The position numbers and the translations under genes were made by a program. This document shows, piece after piece, positions 26,201 to 40,489 of a stretch of DNA of 64,000 nucleotides. The stretch comes from Alloascoidea hylecoeti (lineage: Eukaryota): positions 1,521,389 through 1,585,388 of the forward strand of contig BCKZ01000001.1 of assembly GCA_001600815.1 (NCBI GenBank). The letters are read 5' to 3'. Position 1 is the stretch's first letter; the number at the start of each line of letters is the position of its first letter. The notes beneath the pieces are model-generated. The model worked only from the letters and a program-made list of their open reading frames with translations, did not search any database and had not been told where the DNA came from.

Positions 26201-27303
26201 GAACATTTGAAAAGACAAGTAGTTCGAGATAGAGTACGAATTTCAATTGGTTTGGTCTTCTAAATTGTAAATGGCAGGCAGTTTTATTTATTTCCTCCAC
26301 TCTTCCTCTTATTTTTCCCTTCATCCTTAGGCGATTATGTTATTTTAGTTTTATTTTTCTTATTTTGGTTTTGGTAGCCATGGACCCAGTTTTTCCCTCT
26401 CTTTGAAAGGCTTCTATGTATCTACGTTGACCACTCGAACTGAGGAGACTAGGCAATTTAGAGTTAGTGAACTTCCAATTGGGTGAAATTCCTAAAGAAA
26501 TATTAAGAATTTCATTTCAGAGATAAGCAGTGCCACTTGACTAATTAGCTGGGTTTAATATTTCTTCTTCTATAATCTTATGTATTCAGGAACTGGAACT
26601 GCGCCTCCTTCTACTAACTATAAACGAAGTCAATATATTTTTGACCATCTAGATCTACTGTTCTAGATTTATATCTAACTTCGACTTACGCTTGCTAAGT
26701 AACCCAAGCTCAAAGGATTATAAGGATATTAGTGCTAATGATTAAGAACTTGCTATACTAATGATGATATGGGCCTATATCATAACATTATTCTTCTGAT
26801 TTATAATTATACATTTATATAACATAACACATTCTTTTTAAAGCTAATCTGCAAATGTTTATTTGATCATGAAACACGTGATGAAAATTATCAACAAGCA
26901 TCAGCAAGGGATATACGAAGGGCTTGGCGCATAAGGGAGCAAGTACATGAAGATCACAAAACAAAAAATAATCAAGAATAGAAATGAGGACAGAAATTTG
27001 TAATAGAATAGAAATAGAAAAACAAAGAAATATATAATAGCATTTAAACTAGCTTGTGAAATAACAGGTGGTGGGTTTCAGCCAGTTAAAACTGCCATTT
27101 CCCATATTTAAATTTGTGTGCATGATCATATTATAAATTCATAAATTATAAATTTAAAAAAAGAGTAAAAGAAAATATATTATTTATTCAAATCACCTTC
27201 CCTTTTTCTCTTTGTTTAACCTCCCCTTTAAATTTTAGGCTCATATTTTCATATTACATTTTCAGATTTTTTATCGCTTGTTCCTCTGTTATAACACATT
27301 CAT

Positions 27304-27975
27304 ATGAGATTCAGAAGACACTCTAGACAGGGCTCAACCTCTACGACAGGATCACATGGGGGTCATAAATTTAAAGTTGATGTTTCTAAGGAAGACGCTC
27401 ATCGTATGAAAGTTAGAACAGGAAATGTCCATGACCCGATTTTAACTGCTGTCAATGAAGCACAACCATTTGAATTGGCGTTAACTGGTCATAACAATCA
27501 AAAAACTGTCTCGTTGGAACAATATGCTACTCAATGTCAACTATCGGATTCTTTTGGTAATCCGATACCCGAAAGAGATATAAATAACCCGACAAGAAAT
27601 AGAAACGAAAGACCTTTAGACACAATAAGAAGTTTCGAATACAGCATTTCTGGGGATCCTGCTTACAAAGAGATGTTAGAGACGCCACGATATGGATTTG
27701 TACCAAGATCAAGTTATGGAAGATATCCGGCGTCTCCTATTGATTTCGCAACTGCTGATGGAAATCCTTACGATGTAGCCGTTAGAGCGTCATTTCCAAA
27801 TAGAACAGCTCCAATATTGTCAACAAATGATCCCTTAACCTCTCCGATAAATGGGGATTTTACCCAAAGGACTTCAAATTATACATACCAGCCTGTTGCT
27901 GTACCTCCTCCACCTGATACTAATGATAATAAAAAGAAAAAAAGAAGAAGCTTCTTCAGAAGAAAAAGACATTGA
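27304..27975 (+). CDS. Conserved fungal protein, DUF2406/mug9-like
   Basis: HDPILTAVNEAQPFE..DSFGNPI..DINNPTRNRNERPLDTIRSFEY motif; basic C-terminus KKKKRRSFFRRK. Confidence 0.7.
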   Translation: MRFRRHSRQGSTSTTGSHGGHKFKVDVSKEDAHRMKVRTGNVHDPILTAVNEAQPFELALTGHNNQKTVSLEQYATQCQLSDSFGNPIPERDINNPTRNRNERPLDTIRSFEYSISGDPAYKEMLETPRYGFVPRSSYGRYPASPIDFATADGNPYDVAVRASFPNRTAPILSTNDPLTSPINGDFTQRTSNYTYQPVAVPPPPDTNDNKKKKRRSFFRRKRH

Positions 27976-29102
27976 ATATTAATATTTTCCTTGTCTGGCT
28001 ATTTACTTAAACTTTGTTATGATTCTATCTAGAGTTCTATTTATCTTAGACTTTTATTTCTCCACTTTTATCATGATCTTTTTACATGTTTATATTGCTT
28101 TGATTGTTTTAGTTTAAATTGGTCTAGATTCACTCTTAAATTTTGTCTAAGGTGGCATATTATTTGATGCATGTGATTTGCTTTTCTTCTTTTATTTCCG
28201 GCCGGTGATGACTTTATATATTAAATACTTATTGGTGATGTGATACCTATATTGATAATCACATTAGATGTTATAATTATGTTAATTATAACCTTAACAA
28301 AGTGATGTTTAAAATATATATAGATAATGTATAAATGCACGTAAATACTTTCACCTCATAGCACAAATGTATTGATACTGTTATTTCGTTCAGATGTTTT
28401 AGGGCGCCCGGGCCGATTCTAATCGTAATATCATATACAAAACTTTTCCTTTTAGGTAGTTCTTATTTATAATTCTATTTATATTTAAGGTTTGGATAAA
28501 CTCAACCAAAATTTGTCGGAAACATATCAAAGCATTGAGATGAATTCAGCAGAATCAAGCGAAGAGGAACAATCTTGATTATAGTTACCAATTGCAAGAG
28601 GAAAATCTGATTATGGATGAAGAATGTGCATTTGTTTTCTACTAAAACTTGTATTAGCACCATTAATTATGATCGAGACATACCACGTGACTGTAGGTTG
28701 CTACTTTGAGATTGTGATTTAAAGTATTTATTTACTTAACAACCAAATAATTGTGAAAAAAAGACCTTTAGAACCGATAATACCTTAGACAATTTTTTTT
28801 TCATTGTTATAGACTAATGTCGAAAATTGTTACTTCGTTATCGAGCACTCTTTTTCTTCTTTTTTATGGCAAGTTTTCAAATGCATTTTCATCCAACGTT
28901 ATATCTTGATCCATTTTCATTCTTTCTTCATTGGATGGAGTTTCTTAGACAGTGTTTTTTTTTTCCATACATTATTTGTTTCATCAGATGAATATTTGAA
29001 AATGCAAATGAAGACTTTCTAAAAAAGTTTCCACACGAAACAGAAGTATTTTTTTTGAAGATCGCTCCGCCCAAAGCTTAGGAAAAAAAATTAAAAAAGA
29101 TA

Positions 29103-29176
29103 TGGACGACACCGGAATCGAACCGGTGACCTTCCGCATGCGAAGCAGACGCGATAACCAACTACACTAGACGCCC
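29103..29176 (-). tRNA. tRNA-Ala, anticodon CGC
   Basis: GGGCGTCTAGTGTAGTTGGTTATCGCGTCTGC-TT-CGC-AT-GCGGAAGGTCACCGGTTCGATTCCGGTGTCGTCCA. G3:U70 alanine determinant, GTTCGA T-loop, downstream oligo-T Pol III terminator. Confidence 0.95.
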
Positions 29177-29958
29177 AGATATCAACAGGCCTTCGGCCTA
29201 AATTACCAAGTGACTTCTTGTACATTAATTGGAAAATATATGAAAAAAAAAACATATGGTAAGATAAAGAGATACAATAAATACAAGAATACAAGAAGAG
29301 AAACTGAAAGAGAAGTAAAGAAGAAGAGGTTTTATACTCTTGGTTTAATAGTTTCCAGTTAGAAGGTTTAAATTATTTAGATATTTTAATGGGAATTATA
29401 TAACGTTAAAAAAAAGTTACGAATTGCAAAACCAGCAACCAATATAATTTATTAAAAATAGTATTTTCAAAATCTACTTAATCTCATAATTCTGATGATA
29501 TATTTTCAGTCTTTTATTTTGTGAATTTTGTTGTGAGCGTTCTACGATATAGCGCGTTGTGATTTGGTAGTTTTCAACCCAAATTAAACTCCAATCTATT
29601 AAAAAAACGCAATTTCAAGCATGCCACGATTAGCTGGAAAATACCATATGCCCTGATACTATGCCTCTATGTCCATATAATAGTCTAATGGCTCTTTAAT
29701 GTAATTGTGCCGTAGTGAAGAGTAAAAATTTATGAGTACCATAAATTGGTATTATCCACCTCAAAGCGCTAAAAAAGTTGTAAGACGTAAGTTCATCAGC
29801 TTATTATAATCATCGAATCATCACCACTAATTTAGACGGCACGTATAAGCATTCTTAATAATGAGAAGAAGAATAAGAGGAAGCCCATACTCATTAATTG
29901 TTGAATACAAAACAAAATGAGCAGATATCGTATAGTAAAGTTCCCAAAGGGACCACAG

Positions 29959-29965
29959 TTACCCG
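29959..29965 (+). promoter_or_regulatory. Reb1-like general regulatory factor site TTACCCG upstream of CCT6
   Basis: Exact TTACCCG about 110 bp before the ATG; the same motif recurs in several other promoters here. Confidence 0.5.
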
Positions 29966-30073
29966 GCCATCAAGGTTTTTTCATGACCGCGTGTACCAAA
30001 TGTAATCGAAATCTTCGATCTGTTTCCACTTTATTATTATTTTCCGACCATACTAAAATAATCATATTATAAA

Positions 30074-31972
30074 ATGTCTGCAATTCAGTTGTTGAACCCA
30101 AAGGCCGAGAGTTTAAGGAGAAATCAAGCTTTACAGGTTAATATTACTGCTGCTCAGGGATTACAAAGTGTTCTTGCTAGTAATTTGGGCCCAAGAGGTA
30201 CTTTGAAAATGTATGTTTCCATTAGCCTATTCTTTAAAATATTGAAAAATGAAGAGATTGAAAATATAATTGATTCAAGGAATGTGACTAATTGATGTTT
30301 TGTTAATTAGGCTGGTTGATGGTGCTGGAAGTATTAAACTCACAAAGGATGGAAAAGTTCTCTTACACGAAATGGTATGGAATGAAAAGCGATATAATGA
30401 TCCTTATTTAATATACTTCTTATTAACTTACTCCTTTGATTTTTTTGGTTTTAGCAAATTCAAAATCCTACTGCTGTTATGATTGGTATGTTTTTTTTTT
30501 ATTTGTTTTTCTTTTCTACTGATGTTGAAATATATGAAATATTCCATGATATTCGAATCTAACTTTTTCGTTTGTTTGTTATAGCCCGTGCCGCTAGTGC
30601 TCAAGATGAAATAGCAGGAGATGGAACAACATCTGTTTGTATATATGTTGGTGAATTTTTAAAACAAGCCCAAAGATATATTTCTGAAGGTATTCATCCA
30701 AGAGTAATTGTTGATGGGTTTGAACTTGCCAAGACAGAAACATTAGAATTTTTAAATACATTCAAAAAAGATGTGGAAATTGATAGAGAATTATTATTAA
30801 CAGTCGCAAGAACTTCTTTAAATACCAAAATTAAACAATCTATTTCTGAAATCTTAACTCCAATCGTTACTGATGCTGTTTTAACTGTTAAAAATCCTGA
30901 TGAAAACAGAGTTGATCTTCATATGATTGAAATAATGCATATGCAACATAAAGCTGCAACTGAGACCGAATTAGTTAGAGGTCTTGTTTTAGATCATGGT
31001 GCTCGTCATCCTGATATGCCTAAACATGTTGAGAATGCTTTTGTTTTAACATTAAATGTTTCTTTAGAATATGAAAAAACTGAAGTTAATTCCGGGTTTT
31101 ATTATTCAAGTGCTGAACAAAGAGAAAAATTAGTTGAAAGCGAACGTAAATTTGTTGACAATAAACTCGGCAAAATTATTGAGTTGAAAAAAGAAGTTTG
31201 TGGCAACGATCCAAAGAAAGGTTTTGTTATTATTAATCAAAAAGGTATAGATCCAATGTCACTTGATGTCTTAGCAAAAAATGGTATTTTAGCATTAAGA
31301 AGAGCTAAAAGAAGAAATATGGAACGTCTTCAATTAGTTTGTGGTGGTGAAGCCCAAAATAGTTGTGATGATCTATCTCCAAGTGTTTTAGGTTGGGCTG
31401 GATTAGTTTACGAACAAACAATTGGCGAAGAAAAGTTCACATTTGTTCAAGAAGTCAAAGATCCAAAGAGTGTTACTATCTTAATTAAGGGACCAAATGC
31501 TCATACGATTAATCAAGTAAAGGATGCTGTTAGAGATGGTCTTAGAAGCGTTGCAAATACAATTAGTGATGCAAGCGTTGTACCAGGCGCTGGAGCTTTT
31601 CAAGTAGCAGCAGCTCAACATCTTAAACATGATTTCGTTCGCAAAAGTGTTAAAGGTAAAACTAAATATGGTGTTGAAGCGTTTGCAGAAGCTCTCTTAA
31701 TTATTCCAAAAACTCTTGCGATTAATGGAGGTTATGATGCTTTAGAATCAATTGGCACTCTTGAAGATGAACTTGACGAAGGTCATGTAGTTGGCATTGA
31801 TTTAAGTACTGGTGAACCAATGGATCCTTCTGTTGAAGGTGTTTATGATAATTATAGGGTGATTAGAAACAGTATTGCTTCTGCTTCTTCAATTGCTTCC
31901 AATTTACTATTATGTGATGAACTACTGAAAGCAGGCCGTTCTTCCTTAAAACAAGGCCCACCAGGACAATAA
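30074..31972 (+). CDS. CCT6: Chaperonin CCT/TRiC subunit zeta; join(30074..30210, 30311..30374, 30455..30485, 30585..31972)
   Basis: [64 protein letters not shown]. All three introns have canonical ends and keep frame. Confidence 0.97.
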
Positions 31973-32162
31973 ATAGTAAATATATAAATTAGAAGCCCAC
32001 AATTGCAAACTATTTAAGTGTTTTATAATGTATTAATTTTATAATTATATAAGATTCTGATTTGCGACTCTACAGAGTTACCCTACCTCTTTCTCTCGAA
32101 CACGTATGTTCCATATATCCAACACTTCGATCTTAAGCCTTCGACAGACTAATCGTGATAAA

Positions 32163-34257
32163 ATGCCGTTCCAAACTCTTCGTGACCGTCAAATTGGTAT
32201 GTGTTTTTATTTGGAATGCGATCCGGTGGGATTTGGGCCCAGTCATCTCAACATTTTATCCATTTTTACTTTAAAACTAACGAATTGTTCTATAGAGGTC
32301 ATTAAGAAAATGTTAAACCTGAATAAACCTCCAAATTGGAAAGCTGGTGATAATCCGGAATCTGAACCCATTTGGAAAGTTCTTGTTTTTGATAAAAAGG
32401 GTCGTGATATCATTTCAACTGTCCTTCGTGTCAATGATCTTTTCAATTGCGGAATAACCATGCACATGTAAGATCTAAATATATTTTTACCGCCGCAAAT
32501 ATATAACTAACCAGAGGTTTGCAACCCAATACAGGCTTATTACTTCAGAACGTTATCCAATTCCAGATGTCCCATGTATTTATTTTACTGCTCCAACAGC
32601 AGAGAATCTCAAATTAATAACAAAAGATTTACAAACCCCACTTTATGATAGTGCTTATGTTAATTTCACCTCGTCATTACCAAGACAGTTATTAGAAGAC
32701 TTTGCTTCCCAAAATACAAACACATCACATCTTATTAAACAAGTTTACGATCAATATTTAAATTTTGTGGTTACAGAGCCAAACACTTTCAGCTTAGATA
32801 TCAATAATGTCTATTCCATACTTAACAACCCAAAAACAATTGAAAATGAAATTCAATCATTAATTGATAATATTGTAAATGGAATATTCAGTGTTATAAT
32901 GACAATGTCATCAATACCAATTATAAGATGTGCAAGAGGTAATGCAGCTGAAATGATTGCTGAGAAATTGGAAAAACGATTAAGAGATAGAGTATTAGAA
33001 ATGAGATCACCAAATGGTAGTAATGGATTATTATCAATAAATGAATCATCATTGCAAAGACCTGTTTTAATATTATTAGATAGAAACTTTGATTTAGCAT
33101 CAATGTTTCAACATTCTTGGACTTATCAATCAATGATTAGTGATGTTATGAAATTGGAAAGAAATAGAATTAATGTGACAACAAAAGAAGGTGAAGAACC
33201 AAATATAAAAACAACTACAAAATCTTATGATTTAGAACCAAATGATTTCTTTTGGAAGAAAAATTCTGATATGCCATTTCCAACAGTTGCTGAAAATATA
33301 GACATTGAATTAAATCAATATAAATTAGATGCGAAAGAACTTACCAAAAACACCGGAGTTTCCAATTTAAATGATATAAGTCAATTAGATCCATCGACAA
33401 ATGCACATAATTTAAAACTTGCAATTACCCAATTACCTGAATTAACTGCAAGAAAACAAATTATTGATATGCATTTAGATATTTGTACAGCATTATTAAA
33501 AGGTTTAAATGAAAGAGGTCTTGATGTTTTTTTTGAAATCGAGAGTTCTGTATCAAAACAAAGTAAGGGTGCAATTTTAGAGGCAATTAAAGATCCAAAG
33601 TATAAGCATCCTGATGATAAACTACGGATGTTTTTAATTTTTTATTTACTTTCGGGTGATATACCATCAAATGATTTAGCTGATTATGAAAAAGCATTAG
33701 AATCTCAAGGATGTGATTTATCTGCATTAAAATATATTAGAAAAATAAAAGATTTAACTAAAATTACAATAATGAGTTCACAAACAGCATCAACTCAACA
33801 AACAGACTCGGGATCAGGTGGTGATTTATTCAAAGGATTTAGTAGTATTTCATCAAAATTAGCCTCAGGATTAAAAGATGGTGTTTTAACAGATGGTTTT
33901 AGTAATATCATTTCGGGGGTTAAAAATTTATTACCAACAAGGCAAGATTTACCAATTACATTAGTAGTTGAATCAATAATGGAACCAACTTTATCGTCTT
34001 CAACATCATCAACAGATGACTTTTTATACTTTGATCCAAAGGCAACAAGAGGTGCTCACGCACGACCGCCAAGAAAGCAAGCATTTGATGAGGCAATTGT
34101 ATTTACTGTTGGTGGTGGGAATTATCTTGAATATGGTAACTTACAACAATGGGCAAATAATGGATCAAACTCTGAAAAGAGAATTATTTATGGTAGTACA
34201 AGTCTTGTTACACCAACTCAATTTTTACAAGAATGTTCAACATTAGGAATGCTTTAA
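32163..34257 (+). CDS. SLY1: Sec1/Munc18-family ER-Golgi protein Sly1; join(32163..32196, 32296..32467, 32535..34257)
   Basis: TLRDRQI..IWKVLVFD..IISTVLRVNDL..GITMHM|LITSERYPIPDVP; RPVLILLDRNFDL; AIVFTVGGGNYLEY. Confidence 0.95.
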
Positions 34258-34364
34258 ATATATATGTATAAATATATATTAATAATTAATATTATTTTCC
34301 TTTTAATTATAAAATTAAATAAAATACACGCTTTTTTATAACTAATTACCTATAGTTAACAAAT

Positions 34365-35810
<1,446 letters not shown>

Positions 35811-35912
35811 CTAAGATATACTTAAGTAGTATGAAATATACGCGCATGACAGTAATATCATAATAGTATTGACAATAATAATACAAGTATATTTATATTT
35901 AATTATATTTAT

Positions 35913-36861
35913 TTACTCCAAATCAATATCTTCACCAATTTCTTCATCTTTGGGTTCTTTTGGTTCCTGTGCTTCGGCCCATTGGGTGACGTCGTCAATA
36001 TAACTTAGAATCGTTGCAACACTATCAGGATTTTTCGCTTCTAAAGGTAAATATTGAACCATACCAAAATCATCGATAAGTTGAGATATTGCTACATTCA
36101 AATCATGAAATCTTGGATTTGATTCTGATTCTTGAGCTGAATCACCTTCTAATAAAAGTAAAGGATCAGGGTCTAAAAATCGCTTCAGCTGCCTTTTTGA
36201 AACTTGATCTTTGATTAGATCCATTTTGCTTAATATATTTAAATGAGGAGTTTCAAGTAATATCATTGCAGACATTGCAGATAATGAGCCCGAGAAGAAT
36301 TTTGATTTGTCAACAATGAATGGTGCTTCAAGTAAGTAGGTTGCACATAGTGAAAAATTCAAATGTTGGGTTAAATGCTTAACGATAGTTGGTAATATCG
36401 GTATATGTGTATATAATTCTATTTGGCCAGGACAGTCAAATATTAAATACTCATCATCAAAATCACCGATCTGTTCGTCTAGCCAGTCAAGATTATTTAA
36501 TAAGAATCTACAATCATTAGTCAGGTAAATAAAAATAGGTGATGCTGAAATTTTATGTATGGCTTACTCAAAACAATAAACGAGACCACCATTTGGACCA
36601 TATTCCAGTTCATCCATCACATCTTCTAGAGATATCAGCTCCCTAATATCAATTGAAAATTCATATTCTGAAGGTTCAGCAGCTGGATCTAAATTGACTA
36701 TATGAGCTCTTCTTCCTATGCTTTGCATGTGAGTAATTAAAGCATTGCAAAAAGTGCTCTTTGATAACGATGTTAGCAGCAAGAAAGTATACTCTGAAGT
36801 CGGAATAACATACTTTTCCTACTCCAGCAGGTCCCAAAACCAAAACACCGACTTTTGACAT
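35913..36861 (-). CDS. GPN3: GPN-loop GTPase 3; join(36814..36861, 36568..36758, 35913..36507)
   Basis: [46 protein letters not shown]; two canonical introns. Confidence 0.93.
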
Positions 36862-36967
36862 TTGTGAATAAATTTGTGATATTTGATACTGCAAAAAGAT
36901 GTTTTTCAAAAGTTACCCTGCCTGAGCCGACCTTACTATCTCTGGATCCATTTTAAAGTTAGACGGC

Positions 36968-37777
36968 ATGAGTTCAGACAAAACAACAGACACAACAAAA
37001 GCAATGACAAAAAGAAAAAGCAAACAAGTTTCCGAGGAGTTCGAGGACAAACTGAGAAAACAGCTTCGTGGGGCGATGCCAGTCGATGTTTCCGGCCTGA
37101 AGTCATATATCTGGAAATACTTCTCTAAGTTCAGTTCTTCAGAATTAACAGATTGTTTCGTTATCTGCAATAAATGCCGTGAGAATCGGAAATTGTATTG
37201 TTTCATAATGACAAAAGCCAAACAATCTAGCACGACTCCAATGCGAAGGCATTTGCTACACAAACATGCCATAGAAAATCCAACTAATGGCAATGCTGAT
37301 CATGGAACACCAATTTCAAATTCAATTGCAGATAGTGACACCAGCAGACCCACGCAGGATGTTAGTTTTCTAATGGAACCTACTCATGCAAATGATAATG
37401 ATAGTACACCAACTTTAGATCTCGAAAAACTTGACAAATCTTTAAACAAACGGAAGCAAACACAAACGAATGAAATAGTGACAAGTTTGAAAAGGACAAA
37501 AACGACGATGGACTCAATTGGAAATGAAAAAGATTCTTCTGAAATTGAATCATCAACAATTGCAACAATATCAAATAATAACTTTAAAAATATGGAAAAT
37601 AGAATACAGATTCTTGAAAATAAAATAGACCTTGTAAATAACAATTCTTTAAAGATGGTCGAATTAAGTAAAAAAATATTAAATGAAATGAATCAATTTA
37701 AACAATTACTTGGATTGCAACAAATTTCCAATGGTAATGAACACAATATCAATATTAATAATGACTATTCTAATTAA
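36968..37777 (+). CDS. Stand-alone BED zinc-finger protein with C-terminal coiled coil
   Basis: SYIWKYF..VICNKC..SSTTPMRRHLLHKH fits the BED consensus (W..F, CxxC, HxxxxH); no hAT catalytic domain follows. Confidence 0.8.
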   Translation: MSSDKTTDTTKAMTKRKSKQVSEEFEDKLRKQLRGAMPVDVSGLKSYIWKYFSKFSSSELTDCFVICNKCRENRKLYCFIMTKAKQSSTTPMRRHLLHKHAIENPTNGNADHGTPISNSIADSDTSRPTQDVSFLMEPTHANDNDSTPTLDLEKLDKSLNKRKQTQTNEIVTSLKRTKTTMDSIGNEKDSSEIESSTIATISNNNFKNMENRIQILENKIDLVNNNSLKMVELSKKILNEMNQFKQLLGLQQISNGNEHNININNDYSN

Positions 37778-37879
37778 AATATAAATATAAATATATTCAC
37801 CTATTTTATCTCTTTTTAAAAAAAAATATGCTCTAATGTTATCTTTTTATATAAATTTGAAATATGAAGTATGAAGTTA

Positions 37880-40278
37880 CTACCAGATATTTAAATCTTT
37901 CATATTATCTGATTCCATTTGTATAAATACTTCTCCAAATCCTCTATTTTCTAAAACTTCAAGAATCTTATTCTTAACTGAATTATAACCAAAACCTTTT
38001 ATATAAATTATATGAATTGATCCACATAGTTTATTATTCCCATCATTCCAAAACCTTGGTTCACTATAACTTTGTACACCAGGAGTTGTTGAAATATCAT
38101 TTAATACATCTCTTATTGATGCCTCTGATACAGAATCATTTGATAATAATAATGATTTTGATGTTGATTGAATTAATGGTATTGCAGACATTGCAATTAA
38201 TATACCAATAAATAATGATGCTAATGGATCAAATCCATTCCAACCAAATCTATTAGTTAATAATGTTGATACAACAACCCCAACTGATCCTAAAGTATCT
38301 GCCATTATATGTAATAAAATTCCTTTCATATTTTCATTTTCTGCTGATGAATTACAATCATCATTACCTTCAGCATGGGAATGGGAATGAGAAAGGGAAT
38401 GACTGTGACTGTGTCCAGAGCCATGACTATGTCCATGTCCATGTCCATCACCATGATTAAAGGCAAAAATTCCAACCAAATTAACAATTAATCCTAATAC
38501 ACTAACAACTAATAATTCTCTTGTTCTTTGTAATTTAACGGGATGTATAATTCTTTCAATCCCTTCAACTAAAATACCAGTTGAAATACCAATTAATAAA
38601 CATCCATTTGCAAAACCTGATAAAACCTCAATTTTATTTAATCCATATGGAAATTTCGTTGATGGTGGATATTTTGATAAGACACCAGCGACTAAACCAA
38701 CCATTAATGCCAAACAATCGATAAACATATGAATTGAATCTGATAATAACCCTAATGAATGCGATAAAACTGAATATAATAGTTGAATTAACATAAATGA
38801 AAAATTCAATAATAAAAAATAAAATATATTTCTTGTATCTGAATGAGATAAGATGGTATTAAGTACCGTTTGTTTCCCTTTATTATTATTAGTATTAACA
38901 GCAGAGGGTTGTCTTTCATCTTCATCTATATCTCTTTTTGATGGTGATATGATGATTGATAATATTGAAAATAATAAGTGTAAACTATTGAAAACATTAC
39001 GACCAATAATCCATTCTAAAACCGTTCCGATGAATCCACTAGTTGCAGCATTAAAACGAGAGGGGATTAAAACAGGTTGTGATATTAAAAAAACCGAACA
39101 TGAACCAACTGAAACAATTAATAAAACAGGAAGTTCAATTGTATTCCAAACAAATAATATTGATGGTATCGCTAATATAAGTCCAAGTGGTATAAGAAAA
39201 TTTGAATTTAAAGAAACTTTTTTTTGCCATAATGAACTTGCCAGAAAAAGGATTGCTCCATATGATAATAAAACAACAAAAAAAGATACTAGAACTTGTT
39301 AGATAAAAATTCAATCAGAGTGTAATTAAAATAATAATAAACATACTTTTGGAATAAAAAATATCAAATAAAAAACTCGTAACAATATAACTAATTGCTT
39401 TCCATGATAGATTTAAATAGAAATTTGAACTGCTTATATTTTCATTTCTAAGAACAAACAGTAACATCGTGGCCCTGATAAATAATAATGTTAGCCATAA
39501 AGTTCTAAAAATGAAGAAAATGAAGTATCATACCTGACTGCCCCCAATTCTGATGCACCAACATAGAATGAAAATAAAGATGCTAATAGTAGCACATTTG
39601 ATATCAGAGAATTCCTACCATTTCTTTCATGTGTGCCCTATATGTAATGTAAAGTTAATAAATAGAGATCAAAAAGGATATATGTATTTAAAAAATGTGG
39701 TACAAACATACATTTAAACCTGATTTTTGATAAACACCGAGAACAAAAACGCCTGTACCGGCCAAAGTCAAGGAAGTTAATAATAGCGTAATTATATTAT
39801 TTTTCTGTTCAATTCCTTTTAAACACGTTTGAGCACATATTAAACCAGCAGGTAAAGCTAATAATGAGGTTATTGATTCAATTGATAAGAAATTTCGTGT
39901 TTGTGGACATTCATTATCATCATGATCATGATCAAGATCGAGATCGAGATTTGAGTGATAATGATTGTGCTCGTGTGTGTCTTCATGGTCATGGTGATGT
40001 TCATGCTCGTCATGTTTATGTGTTTGCTGTAGTTTATCGTCTAATGAGGAGTGAGAATGAGAATGAGTATGTCCATGTTCATTTTCCGACTTTTCTGAAT
40101 CTGAAGAATGGGACTCTACATTAATCGCAGGAGTATTAAATGTCGGTGGAGTTTCTAATTTCCCATGCTCATGTTGATGACTATGACTGTGGCTGTGATT
40201 ATGGTGGTGAAGTTCGGATTGAGGGGGGGTCTGATTTAAATCGATATCCACCAACTGAGAATCTGTATATTCCGTCAT
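37880..40278 (-). CDS. MSC2: Cation diffusion facilitator zinc transporter (Msc2/ZnT5-7 type) with His-rich N-terminus; join(39712..40278, 39534..39637, 39347..39474, 37880..39294)
   Basis: DTRNIFYFLLLNFSFMLIQ..SLGLLSDSIHM..DC, His loop, ENMKGILLHIMADTLGSVGV; introns keep frame by manual check. Confidence 0.85.
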
Positions 40279-40489
40279 TAGAAGTAGTTTTATAAATAAA
40301 ACGTGGAAATGCAAATGTAAATGTGTTGGTTTTTCTGGAGTTACAAAAAAAGGGAAAACACAAAAGGAAAAATAAATACGTAACCACCATGGTGCTTAAA
40401 TTGGATGAAATATTTGGAACAAAACATACAACTGTATATTTTTATTTTACATTTATATTTATATCTATATTTATATCTATATATCATTA

